The notes under the pieces were generated by a model, which worked only from the letters and a program-made list of their open reading frames with translations, ran no database searches and was not told the DNA's origin. 64,000 nucleotides of DNA from Candidatus Nanoarchaeia archaeon (GTDB taxonomy: Archaea; Nanobdellota; Nanobdellia; Pacearchaeales; GW2011-AR1), in the NCBI GenBank assembly GCA_041501125.1, contig JBGQNO010000002.1:10287-74286 (forward strand), given 5' to 3'. Shown piece after piece: positions 34,689 to 43,744 of this stretch; positions within the stretch are counted from its first letter, which is position 1; each line of letters begins with the position of its first letter. Position numbers and translations under genes: made by a program.

Positions 34689-36443
34689 ATGACATGGACA
34701 AGAAAGAAACTTATTGAAAGCTACTTGAAATTCTTCAAGGAAAAAGGCCATGCTATAATTCCTTCTGCACAATTGATTCCTGAAAATGATCCTACAGTTT
34801 TGTTTACAACTGCAGGCATGCACCCTCTTGTTCCATATCTTCTGGGTCAGCAGCATTCCCAAGGCAAAAAACTCGTTGATGTGCAGAAATGTTTAAGAAC
34901 AGGTGACATTGAAAGCGTCGGAGACACATATCATCACACATTCTTTGAGATGCTTGGAAACTGGAGCCTGGGAGATTACTTCAAGAAAGAAGCAATTGCG
35001 TACAGCTTCGAGTTCTTAACAAAAGTTTTGAAGATTCCATTGAAAAAACTCGCAGTCACGTGCTTTGCAGGAGACAAGGATGCTGAAAAAGATGAAGAAG
35101 CCTTCAAAGCCTGGAAATCTCTTGGCATAAAAGAAGAGCGAATCGCATTCCTGGGAAAAGAAGATAATTGGTGGGGTCCTGCTGGCAAAACTGGACCGTG
35201 TGGTCCTGACTCAGAGATATTCATCTGGCAATCCAGCAAGCCAGCACCCAAGAATTTTGAGCCAAAAGACAAAACCTGGGTTGAAATTTGGAATAATGTT
35301 TTCATGCAGTATAACAAAGATGACAAAGCCAAGTATCTCATGGCAAAACAGAAAAACATTGACACTGGCATGGGCGTTGAAAGAACAATAGCGGCACTTA
35401 ATGGAATTGATGATAATTATATGACAGAACTTTTCCTGCCGATAATAAAAGAAATCGAAAAAATATCAGGAGAGCCTTACAAAGACAATAAAAAGGAAAT
35501 GAGAATAATTGCAGACCATGTCAAAGCTGCTGTTTTCATTCTTGCAGAAAAAATACAGCCAAGCAACACTGAACACGGCTATGTCCTAAGAAGATTGATA
35601 AGAAGGGCTGTAAGATACGGAAAAATGCTGGACATCAGCCAAAACTTCATGAAAAAACTTGCAGAAGTCGTGATAGAAATGTATGCAAGAGAATATACCA
35701 ACCTTAACTATAACATAAAATTCATTCTTGAAGAAACAGACAAGGAAGAATCCAGGTTTAAGGAAACACTCGAACAAGGCTTGAAAATATTCAGCAAAAT
35801 ATCATCAAACAACAAGGAAATCTCAGGCAAGGATGCATTCCTGCTCTACCAATCATACGGATTTCCAATTGAGATGACTCAGGAGCTTGCAGCTGAAAAA
35901 AAGCTTAAGACAGATATTGAAGGTTACCAGAAAGAATATGAAAAGCATCAGGAACTTTCAAGAACAGCTTCTGCTGGAAGATTCAAATCAGGACTGGCTG
36001 ATGCCAGCGAACAGACAACAAGATTGCACACAGCAACTCACATGCTCAACCAAGCATTGAAAGTTGTACTAAAAAATCCAGGTGTACACCAAAAAGGCTC
36101 GAACATAACCTCAGAAAGACTAAGATTTGATTTTAATTTTGACCGCAAGCTGACACCAGAGGAAATCCAGAAAATAGAGTCTTTGGTGAATAAAAAAATC
36201 AAGGAAGCTATTCCAGTGCAAAGAGAAGAAATGACTCTCGAGCAGGCAAAGCTGAGAGGTGCTCACGGAGTCTTTGACAGCAAATACAGCAGCCAGGTAA
36301 TTGTCTACTCAATAAGTGATTTCTCAAAAGAAATCTGCGCAGGCCCTCATGTCAAGAATACAAGGGAGCTCGGACATTTCAAAATCATAAAAGAAGAAGG
36401 CATTGCTGCCGGTGTCAGAAGGATAAAGGCCGTTTTAGAGTAG
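34689..36443 (+). CDS. alaS: alanyl-tRNA synthetase, compact bacterial-type
   Basis: N-terminal FFKEKGH..PSAQLIP.NDPT.LFTTAGM, then HHTFFEMLGNWS, DTGMGVER, the editing motifs HTATHML and CAGPHV, ending at GVRRIKAVLE. Confidence 0.88.
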   Translation: MTWTRKKLIESYLKFFKEKGHAIIPSAQLIPENDPTVLFTTAGMHPLVPYLLGQQHSQGKKLVDVQKCLRTGDIESVGDTYHHTFFEMLGNWSLGDYFKKEAIAYSFEFLTKVLKIPLKKLAVTCFAGDKDAEKDEEAFKAWKSLGIKEERIAFLGKEDNWWGPAGKTGPCGPDSEIFIWQSSKPAPKNFEPKDKTWVEIWNNVFMQYNKDDKAKYLMAKQKNIDTGMGVERTIAALNGIDDNYMTELFLPIIKEIEKISGEPYKDNKKEMRIIADHVKAAVFILAEKIQPSNTEHGYVLRRLIRRAVRYGKMLDISQNFMKKLAEVVIEMYAREYTNLNYNIKFILEETDKEESRFKETLEQGLKIFSKISSNNKEISGKDAFLLYQSYGFPIEMTQELAAEKKLKTDIEGYQKEYEKHQELSRTASAGRFKSGLADASEQTTRLHTATHMLNQALKVVLKNPGVHQKGSNITSERLRFDFNFDRKLTPEEIQKIESLVNKKIKEAIPVQREEMTLEQAKLRGAHGVFDSKYSSQVIVYSISDFSKEICAGPHVKNTRELGHFKIIKEEGIAAGVRRIKAVLE

Positions 36444-36753
36444 TTGTCCTGCCCATTATTGTGTCATAAATCTGTCTCGCCTTTAACCCTTCCATGTAAA
36501 CTTTTGAGAATTTCTCAGCATACCCTAACTTTACCCATCTTCGCGCAGCCTCTTCCCATCCAATATCTTTTTGTTCAATCTCGCTTTGTTCATACTTAAG
36601 AATATCAATGCATTTAAGCTGTTCAAGTGTCCTGTTGCCGAGAATTCCTGTCATGCCGAGAATTTCCCGCACTGTGCAGTATCTTTGACAGTTATCACAA
36701 ATATCATCAATTACTTCTCTGCTATTTTTTGTTCCATCAGGTCTGTCTGTCAT
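36415..36753 (-). CDS. hypothetical protein
   Basis: 112-aa ORF. Its 3' end overlaps the alaS 3' end by 29 nt in convergent orientation. Confidence 0.35.
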   Translation of the reverse strand: MTDRPDGTKNSREVIDDICDNCQRYCTVREILGMTGILGNRTLEQLKCIDILKYEQSEIEQKDIGWEEAARRWVKLGYAEKFSKVYMEGLKARQIYDTIMGRTTTLKRPLSF

Positions 36754-36883
36754 GCCAATAACAGGAAAAAGTAACTTAATAACAATTTACATGCTCAAGA
36801 ACCCAAGCATGCCCTATGCTTTAACGCAGGGTTTCTTGACACTATTCAGAATATACTATATACACAGGGCTTTCTTCCAAGCA

Positions 36884-37141
36884 TTAAACAATATAAACAG
36901 CATCGCCAGATCTTACTTTATCTTTCACTTTCATTCCAACTTCCTGCCCTTTCTTTCCAGCAGCAATTGGCTTCATGTCAATCTGCATGCTTTCTGCTTG
37001 CTGTTCAAAATCTGTTGTAGCGCCCTTTATTCTTATCTTCTCACCTTGTTTTAAAGCACCCTTTAATTTTATCACAGCAACGCTTATCTTGTCAAAAAAG
37101 TGTGTTACGGTTCCGACCTCTTTGCCGATTTTTTCTGCCAT
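36884..37141 (-). CDS. small beta-barrel protein resembling EF-Tu domain 2
   Basis: 85 aa, IGKEVGTVTHFFDKISVAVIKL.G.LKQGEKIRIKG...MKVKDKVRSGDAVYIV. Confidence 0.4.
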   Translation of the reverse strand: MAEKIGKEVGTVTHFFDKISVAVIKLKGALKQGEKIRIKGATTDFEQQAESMQIDMKPIAAGKKGQEVGMKVKDKVRSGDAVYIV

Positions 37142-37179
37142 ATTTGTTGGAAGAATAAGAGGTATTTAAGATTTGTGAT

Positions 37180-39657
37180 TTATTCAATAAACAGCGCAGG
37201 CTTGCCTGGACTTGCCCTCTTGGACTTGTTCTCAGGGTCATGCTTCCCTTTGTCAGCAACAGAATAAATCTCAATTTTCTTCTCGGTTTTCTTTTCAAGA
37301 ATCTCCTTTCCTGCCTTGTACACATCAAGCTCCTTCGGTAAAATGTAGACATAAACCTTCTTGCTTTCTTTGCCTTTCTCTTTCATTATCCTAAGAATAT
37401 TATTAATGTCATCTGCAAGCTTCTCAATAGCTTTTTCATCCTGCTCAAATTTCTCATTTATCTTGCTTTCATCAGATTCTGGCCAGCTTTCTAATGAAAT
37501 GAAACTTTTATTGCCAAGGTTATGCCAGATTTCTTCAGTAATATATGGACAATAAATGTGCAGCATTTTTACCCATTTTTCCACATCTTTCCTGTCAATT
37601 TTTCTGTCAGAAAAATAATTAAACATTTCCCTAATCTTTATCAATGCAATATTGTGCTTGAAGTTTTCAACATCTTCTGTAACTTCTTTAATTGTCTTGT
37701 TTAGTTTGCTTTGCATCTTTTCATCTATTTTGCCTGATTTAAAATTTTCAAAATATTCATAAACTCTGACAATAAATTTGTGGCTTCCGATGACAGTTTT
37801 CTCATCCCATATGCTGTCCTTGTCAGGAGATGCGAAACTTACTAATGCCATTCTCAAGGTGTCTGCTCCATACTTTTCAATCATGCCCAAAGGCTCTATC
37901 ACATTCCCTCTTGACTTTGACATTTTCTCGCCGTCAGGCCCGTGAACAATTCCTTGAGTGAAATATCTTAAAGCAGGCTCGCCAAATCCCAGCAATCCAA
38001 TATCTCTCAAGAATTTTGTGTAAAATCTTGTATATATCAGGTGCATTGTAATATGTTCTGGCCCGCCAATATATTGGTTGATTGGCGCCCAATAATTTAC
38101 TTTTTCCTTGCTGAATATCTCTTTGTCATTTCTGGAATCAGTGTATCTTAAGTAATACCACGAAGAATTCACAAAAGTGTCCATGGTGTCTGTCTCTCTT
38201 CTTGCTTTGCCGCCGCATTTCGGGCATTTTACATTGACAAATTTATCATTTGTAGCCAAAGGATTTCCTTTACCGAATTTAACATCCATCGGCAGTTCAA
38301 CAGGCAAGTCTTTTTCAGAAACAGGCACTATACCGCACTTGTCGCAATAAATAATTGGAATTGGAGTCCCCCAATATCTCTGCCTTGAAATCAGCCAGTC
38401 TCTTAGCTTGTACTGCACAACTTTTTTGCCTAGTTTTTTCTCTTCAAGATATTTTGTTACTTCGTCAACTGCTTTTTTGCTTTCAATGCCGCTGAATTCT
38501 TCAGAATTAACCAGAATGCCCTCGCCAGTATATGCATTCTCCATTTTTTTAATATCAAGTTTCTTGTCCTTTGGCTGTATAACAATTTTAATTGGAATTT
38601 TGTATTTCTTGGCAAACTCAAAATCCCTTTGGTCATGGCAAGGAACAGCCATAACCATACCGCTTCCATAATCAGCCACAACAAAATTACCTGCATAAAC
38701 AGGAACTTTCTCCTTGGTCAAAGGATTAATTGCATAGCTTCCTGTAAAAACTCCTTCTTTTTCCATTTCTTCAAGCTCTTTCTCGCTTACAGACTTCAAT
38801 TTTTTCAAAAAGCTTTCAACTTCCTTTTTCTGCTCTTTTGTAACAAGTTCCATCAGCCTGTTATGCTGGCTAGAAACTACCATGAATGTAACTCCATAGA
38901 CTGTATCCGGACGTGTTGTAAAAATTGGCCATTTTTTTCCATTGACGTCAAAATTAATTTCAGTTCCATAACTTTTACCAATCCAGTTCTTCTGCATTAA
39001 TTTTGCTCTTTCTGGCCATTCAAGTTTGTCCAAACCCTCAAGCAGCTCATCAGCATACTTGGTGATTTTAAAGAACCATTGTTCAAGATGCTTGATTTCA
39101 ACACGCGTATCTTCATGCCTCCAGCATTTTCCGTCAATTACCTGCTCATTTGCAAGGACTGTCTGGCATTTTGGACACCAGTTAACAGCTGCTTTTTTCC
39201 TGTATGCAATGCCTTTCTCCAGCATTTTAAGAAAAATCCACTGGTCCCATCTATAATATTTTGGGTCATGGGTCTTAACCATTCTGCTCCAGTCATAACT
39301 CCAACCCATTGCTTTCTGCTGTTTCATAAAATTCTTTATGGAATTTTCAGTGTACGCAAGCGGATGTGTCCCTACTTTTATTGCAGCATTCTCAGCAGGC
39401 AAGCCTAAAGAATCATAGCCAATAGGATAAAGAACATTATAACCTTGAAGTCTCTTGAATCGCGCAAAAATATCACCTAGACTATAAACAAACGCATGCC
39501 CCATATGCAGCCCTGCAGCAGAAGGATACGGAAACATGTCAAGAACATAATACTTCTTTTTCTTTTTGTCTTCTTTTACTTGAAATATCTTTTTCTTCTC
39601 CCATTCATTCTGCCATTTCTTCTCTATTGCATTGAAGTCTATATCCATGTTTAACAT
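37180..39657 (-). CDS. leuS: leucyl-tRNA synthetase, bacterial-type
   Basis: YYVLDMFPYPSAAGLHMGH, VNWCPKCQTVLANEQVIDGKCWRH, QWFFKITKYADELL and KMSKS. Confidence 0.92.
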   Translation of the reverse strand: MLNMDIDFNAIEKKWQNEWEKKKIFQVKEDKKKKKYYVLDMFPYPSAAGLHMGHAFVYSLGDIFARFKRLQGYNVLYPIGYDSLGLPAENAAIKVGTHPLAYTENSIKNFMKQQKAMGWSYDWSRMVKTHDPKYYRWDQWIFLKMLEKGIAYRKKAAVNWCPKCQTVLANEQVIDGKCWRHEDTRVEIKHLEQWFFKITKYADELLEGLDKLEWPERAKLMQKNWIGKSYGTEINFDVNGKKWPIFTTRPDTVYGVTFMVVSSQHNRLMELVTKEQKKEVESFLKKLKSVSEKELEEMEKEGVFTGSYAINPLTKEKVPVYAGNFVVADYGSGMVMAVPCHDQRDFEFAKKYKIPIKIVIQPKDKKLDIKKMENAYTGEGILVNSEEFSGIESKKAVDEVTKYLEEKKLGKKVVQYKLRDWLISRQRYWGTPIPIIYCDKCGIVPVSEKDLPVELPMDVKFGKGNPLATNDKFVNVKCPKCGGKARRETDTMDTFVNSSWYYLRYTDSRNDKEIFSKEKVNYWAPINQYIGGPEHITMHLIYTRFYTKFLRDIGLLGFGEPALRYFTQGIVHGPDGEKMSKSRGNVIEPLGMIEKYGADTLRMALVSFASPDKDSIWDEKTVIGSHKFIVRVYEYFENFKSGKIDEKMQSKLNKTIKEVTEDVENFKHNIALIKIREMFNYFSDRKIDRKDVEKWVKMLHIYCPYITEEIWHNLGNKSFISLESWPESDESKINEKFEQDEKAIEKLADDINNILRIMKEKGKESKKVYVYILPKELDVYKAGKEILEKKTEKKIEIYSVADKGKHDPENKSKRASPGKPALFIE

Positions 39658-39670
39658 AAAATCCAGTGAT

Positions 39671-39940
39671 TTAAATTCCTTGTGTTCTGACTGATTTCAA
39701 CTTTTCAGGAGCTGAAATCCGTGCAATAAGTCCTTCTTTCTTTTGGCTTATCCGAACTACATCGTCATGAGAAGTGTTAAAGCACATAATGTTCACTGGA
39801 ACTACTGAGTTATCTATGCAGTACTGCTCAAATTCTTTCCAGCCCTTCCTTTCAATTGCATTTCCTCCATGACATATTCTGTACTTATCTGTACGTCCGT
39901 CATACTCTGTCCTTTCAGCCTGTTGTATTATTCCTTCCAT
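39671..39940 (-). CDS. hypothetical protein
   Basis: 89-aa ORF preceded by AGGAGG 5 nt upstream of the ATG. Confidence 0.4.
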   Translation of the reverse strand: MEGIIQQAERTEYDGRTDKYRICHGGNAIERKGWKEFEQYCIDNSVVPVNIMCFNTSHDDVVRISQKKEGLIARISAPEKLKSVRTQGI

Positions 39941-40013
39941 TTTTCCTCCTGTTTACTTATCTCCCGTAGTTCTCACAAAGTTTAGTTATGCGCACCAAAA
40001 TAGGATGCACTCT

Positions 40014-40085
40014 TTACAATACGAGCACTACGAGAACCAAAGCTACAGCTAAAATTCCAATCAAAGTTTTATTAGCTGTGTTCAT
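40014..40085 (-). CDS. possible 23-aa hydrophobic peptide
   Basis: MNTANKTLIGILAVALVLVVLVL, with a TTTTTAAATATA box about 20-30 nt upstream, directly upstream of the 89-aa ORF. Confidence 0.2.
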   Translation of the reverse strand: MNTANKTLIGILAVALVLVVLVL

Positions 40086-40119
40086 AGAATATCTTAAGAA
40101 CCTATATTTAAAAATATTA

Positions 40120-40467
40120 CTAAGACTGAGAAAGCAACTTGTGCAATTCTCCACGAGATATTCTTTTTGCTCCTGCCATTTCTTTTTGTGCCTTGCGGAG
40201 TTCTTTTTGCTCGTGGACATCAGCATATTGCATAAAGTCATGCATTACACCTTCACCAAAGTCAACAGGCAGATGATTTAAATCAGCCCTATCATGCACA
40301 AATTCATATATTTCTTTAATATTCCATGACTCTCCAGTTCTACTTGGAATTGGTTTTTGTGCTTTGTCAGCAGTTTGCCTGAAAACCTCATAAGTATAAT
40401 TGCCATTAGCATCATGAGTATATTCACCATTATGCTGTTTTTGCCTGTCTATTGTTATCTTAACCAT
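40120..40467 (-). CDS. hypothetical protein
   Basis: 115-aa ORF with no recognisable motif. Confidence 0.4.
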   Translation of the reverse strand: MVKITIDRQKQHNGEYTHDANGNYTYEVFRQTADKAQKPIPSRTGESWNIKEIYEFVHDRADLNHLPVDFGEGVMHDFMQYADVHEQKELRKAQKEMAGAKRISRGELHKLLSQS

Positions 40468-40495
40468 ATAATTCCCTCAAAAACCTGATTTAAAA

Positions 40496-40524
40496 ACCTT
40501 GCGAAAAGGTAACTTTAAATAATA
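40496..40524 (+). repeat. intergenic hairpin/AT-box element, variant copy 6 (likely endA promoter)
   Basis: ACCTTGCGAAAAGGT followed by AACTTTAAATAATA, ending 13 nt before the endA ATG. Confidence 0.45.
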
Positions 40525-40536
40525 CCTCGGCTTTTA

Positions 40537-41073
40537 ATGAAAATGGCAAGAAAAGAAAAGAAAATCAAGGCAATTTTCACAGGCGAGACAGTTTATAGCA
40601 ATACAAAAGAAGCAGTAAACTTATTTGGAAACTCTCGCATGGGAGAAATGGTTGAAGGCAAAATCCAATACTCAATGCAGGAAGCCATGCTTCTCGTAGA
40701 CGAAGGCAAGATGGATGTCTATGAAAAATCCAAAAAATTAAGCCAGAAAAAGTTCCTTGAAAAATGCAAGGACATGGACAAGAAATTCTCAACAAAATAC
40801 AGTGTTTTCAAAGACCTCAGGAAAAGAGGATATATTGTAAAAACAGCATTAAAATTCGGCGCAGACTTCCGTGTTTATGAAAAGGGCAAGCAGCCTGGCC
40901 AGGAGCATGCAAAATGGATTCTTTATCCAGTCAAGGAAACCGATACATTGACATGGCATGACTTCTCTGCCAAGAATCGTGTTGCGCATTCAACAAAAAA
41001 GAATCTTCTGATAGCAATTGTTGATGACGAAGGCGACATAACATACTATGAAGTCGCCTGGACACGACCATAG
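40537..41073 (+). CDS. endA: tRNA-splicing endonuclease
   Basis: YSVFKDLRKRGYIVKTALKFGADFRVY and HAKWILYPV, with the conserved catalytic-domain layout in 178 aa. Confidence 0.88.
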   Translation: MKMARKEKKIKAIFTGETVYSNTKEAVNLFGNSRMGEMVEGKIQYSMQEAMLLVDEGKMDVYEKSKKLSQKKFLEKCKDMDKKFSTKYSVFKDLRKRGYIVKTALKFGADFRVYEKGKQPGQEHAKWILYPVKETDTLTWHDFSAKNRVAHSTKKNLLIAIVDDEGDITYYEVAWTRP

Positions 41074-41120
41074 CACTGAATAAGAGATAAATTTATAACT
41101 TTCTTAGAATTTTTAAGGAT

Positions 41121-42005
41121 ATGGAAAATGCAATAGACAAGGCAACCGAGATTAAACGAAAGATTCTTGAACATATTGAGAAAAATGGTCCAAGCTTGCC
41201 TGTTGCTGTATCAAGAGAAATAGGAATAAGCTCTTTATTCTCCTCTGCATTTCTTTCTGAGTTAATAGAAGACGAAAAAATTAAAATCAGCAAGATGAAA
41301 GTCGGCGGCTCGCCATTGTATTTTCTTCCGAGACAGCAGCAGATGCTTGAGAATTTCTCGCGATATCTGCCAGAAAAAGAAAAAGAAGCTTTGCGAATGC
41401 TTAAGGACAAACAAATACTGAAAGATGCTGAACTTGAACCCGCTATAAGAGTCGCGCTTCGAAGTTTGAAAGACTTTGCATGCCCGCTTGTTACAGAGCA
41501 TGATAATATCAAGGAAATTTACTGGAGACATGTGATAATGAATGACAATGATGCGAAGCAGATTATTTCTGAAAGATTTGTGAAAACAATGCCAACAATG
41601 CAGCCCATAATGCATGAACTCCAGTTCAACCAGCCTCTCACTAAATCAGAAAATCTGGATCATGTAGCCCCAGTCCAAAAGCCTGTTGCAAAGGAAAAAT
41701 CAAAGCCTGGCAAATTCCCTGATGAAGTGAAAGCTTTCCTCGAAAGGAAAAACATGAGAATACTTGAAGTAGACAGGCTAGACAAGAAGGAGTTTACAGC
41801 CAAGATAAAGCTTGGTGAAAAAGAGGTTCTGCTCGTTGCAGTAGACAAAAAACGAATTGATGAGTCTGACCTGCTTAAAGCCTATAAAAAGGCACAGGCA
41901 GTCGGCATGCCCTACTTTATACTAGCGCGAGGCGAGGCTCCTAAGAAACTCAAGGATGCTATTGAAGCATACAAGATGCTTGAACGCATAGAAAAAATCG
42001 AATAA
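41121..42005 (+). CDS. winged-helix-like conserved archaeal protein, function unknown
   Basis: N-terminal ILEHIEKNGPSLPVAVSREIGISSLFSSAFLSELIEDEKIKISKMKVGGSPLYFL resembles a winged-helix fold. Confidence 0.3.
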   Translation: MENAIDKATEIKRKILEHIEKNGPSLPVAVSREIGISSLFSSAFLSELIEDEKIKISKMKVGGSPLYFLPRQQQMLENFSRYLPEKEKEALRMLKDKQILKDAELEPAIRVALRSLKDFACPLVTEHDNIKEIYWRHVIMNDNDAKQIISERFVKTMPTMQPIMHELQFNQPLTKSENLDHVAPVQKPVAKEKSKPGKFPDEVKAFLERKNMRILEVDRLDKKEFTAKIKLGEKEVLLVAVDKKRIDESDLLKAYKKAQAVGMPYFILARGEAPKKLKDAIEAYKMLERIEKIE

Positions 42006-42040
42006 GTAAACTTTAAAAACCAGTGATATAAAGATAAACT

Positions 42041-42235
42041 ATGGGTCGTGTTAAATCCGCATTAATCAAGAGAACAACTAGAAAGTTGATTGAGCTGAGC
42101 CCAGAAACTTACACATCAAAATTCGAAGATAACAAGAGGATGCTTGCAGGAACAATGCCCAGCAAGCGAATCAGGAATATTGTAGCAGGATACCTGACAA
42201 GAATCAAGAAATCACAGTCTAAGCAAATTACTTAA
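42041..42235 (+). CDS. rps17e: ribosomal protein S17e
   Basis: MGRVKSALIKRTTRKLIE...F..NK. Confidence 0.85.
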   Translation: MGRVKSALIKRTTRKLIELSPETYTSKFEDNKRMLAGTMPSKRIRNIVAGYLTRIKKSQSKQIT

Positions 42236-42246
42236 GGCAGGAAAAA

Positions 42247-42546
42247 ATGGCAGAAACAAAAGAAAGATCCAATGAAAACATAGTATTCATCGGAAATAAA
42301 CCCTTCATGAACTATGTGACTGCTGTGGTTATGCAATTTACGACCAAGAATGCAGCCGAGGTTGCGATAAAAGCTCGTGGAAAGTTTATCAGCCGTGCAG
42401 TAGATGTAGCTGAAGTTTGCATGAGAAAATTTCTGAAAGAGCAGAACATAAAGGTTAAAGGCATATCTATTGGCAGCGAGGAATTTGAAAACAAGGAAGG
42501 CAAAAGAGTCAATGTCAGCATTATTGAGATAATGCTGGCCAAATAG
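42247..42546 (+). CDS. albA: Alba DNA/RNA-binding protein
   Basis: NIVFIGNKPFMNYVTAVVMQF...IKARGKFISRAVDVAEV. Confidence 0.85.
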   Translation: MAETKERSNENIVFIGNKPFMNYVTAVVMQFTTKNAAEVAIKARGKFISRAVDVAEVCMRKFLKEQNIKVKGISIGSEEFENKEGKRVNVSIIEIMLAK

Positions 42547-42591
42547 TTCTTTTTTATTTATTATTTTTTTAAAACTCTTAGAAGTTTAAAA

Positions 42592-42663
42592 TGGCTGTGA
42601 CCAGAATTGAACTGGCGACATCCGCCTTATGAGAGCGGTGTTCTACCACTGAACTACACAGCC
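42592..42663 (-). tRNA. tRNA with CAU anticodon (elongator Met or Ile2)
   Basis: Acceptor GGCTGTG/CACAGCC, D-arm GTTC-AGTGGTA-GAAC, anticodon arm CCGCT-CTCATAA-GGCGG, T-arm GCCAG-TTCAATT-CTGGT, A73. The G1:C72 pair argues against an initiator. Confidence 0.85.
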
Positions 42664-42733
42664 AATCTTACTAAAAAATGCCGATTTAAAAGGTTTTACA
42701 AAAGTTTAAAAGTTTAAGTTGTCTTGAAGAAGA

Positions 42734-42931
42734 ATGGCTGTAACATTAGAAGCATTATTTGACCAACTTGGAACACTGACTGCTATTTTCCAAGCAATTG
42801 GCGGGCTGATTGTGGCTTATATCATTTTCAGCATCATAAATGTCTGGCATAGCTGGAAGAAAGAGAAAGAATTGACAAGAATGCGACAGCTTCTTGAACA
42901 GATTAATAAAAAGCTCAGCAAAAGAAAGTGA
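42734..42931 (+). CDS. small single-transmembrane protein
   Basis: 65 aa with a central hydrophobic helix and a charged tail. Confidence 0.3.
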   Translation: MAVTLEALFDQLGTLTAIFQAIGGLIVAYIIFSIINVWHSWKKEKELTRMRQLLEQINKKLSKRK

Positions 42932-43744
42932 TTACAACTTCCAGCTCAGATACTTTTCTTCAAAAGTTGGCTCTGATTTCCTGAAGAAAATTCCGACTGC
43001 TACTTTGCCAGCAGGAGAGTAATTCCACTTTCTGGCTTCAAATACAGCTTGTTCAAATGGCATCTCATTGATTTTGTAGCATGCTGTTTTCAGGAAACTT
43101 GTGGTATTATGATAAACAATGCATGGCTGCAAAATCTCAACATATGAAAATCCTTTATGCAAGATAGCTTGTTTCATGACTCTTGACATTTCCTCTATGT
43201 CAAGTGCAGATACTCTGGCAACAAAACTTGCACCTGACTCAAGCGCAAGCACAATCGGATTCAATGGCTTCTCTTTCAAGCCAAAAGGATGAGTTTTCTC
43301 AACAAATCCCTTTTCTGTTGTTGAAGTTGATTGCCCGGCTGTCAATGAAAATACCTGGTTGTTATGGACAATAAGAGTCATGTTAGTATTGTCTCTGCAT
43401 GAATGGATGAAATGATTAAGTCCTTCATCATAGCTTCCACCATCTCCGCTAAAGCATACAACCTTGAGTTTGGGATTTGCGACTTTTATACCAAATGCCG
43501 TCGGTAAAACTCTTCCATGCAGCGTATTAAACCCGGACAAGTTGATATAATCATAAATCTTTCCATTGCAGCCAATGTCAGTTACAATGACAAAATTTTC
43601 TTTTCGCTGCCCCTCGTTAATTAATTCTGAAACAGTTTTCTTAAAAGCAGCAAGTATTAAAAAATTAGGGCATCCCGGACACCACGTGTTCTTGTTCCCA
43701 GTATCTAAGTTTATTTCAGGTTTTGCTTTTTCAACTCTGGTCAT
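42932..43744 (-). CDS. 2-oxoacid:ferredoxin oxidoreductase, beta (TPP-binding) subunit
   Basis: WCPGCPNF and GDGGSYDEG TPP-binding motifs. There is a 4-nt overlap with the alpha gene. Confidence 0.85.
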   Translation of the reverse strand: MTRVEKAKPEINLDTGNKNTWCPGCPNFLILAAFKKTVSELINEGQRKENFVIVTDIGCNGKIYDYINLSGFNTLHGRVLPTAFGIKVANPKLKVVCFSGDGGSYDEGLNHFIHSCRDNTNMTLIVHNNQVFSLTAGQSTSTTEKGFVEKTHPFGLKEKPLNPIVLALESGASFVARVSALDIEEMSRVMKQAILHKGFSYVEILQPCIVYHNTTSFLKTACYKINEMPFEQAVFEARKWNYSPAGKVAVGIFFRKSEPTFEEKYLSWKL

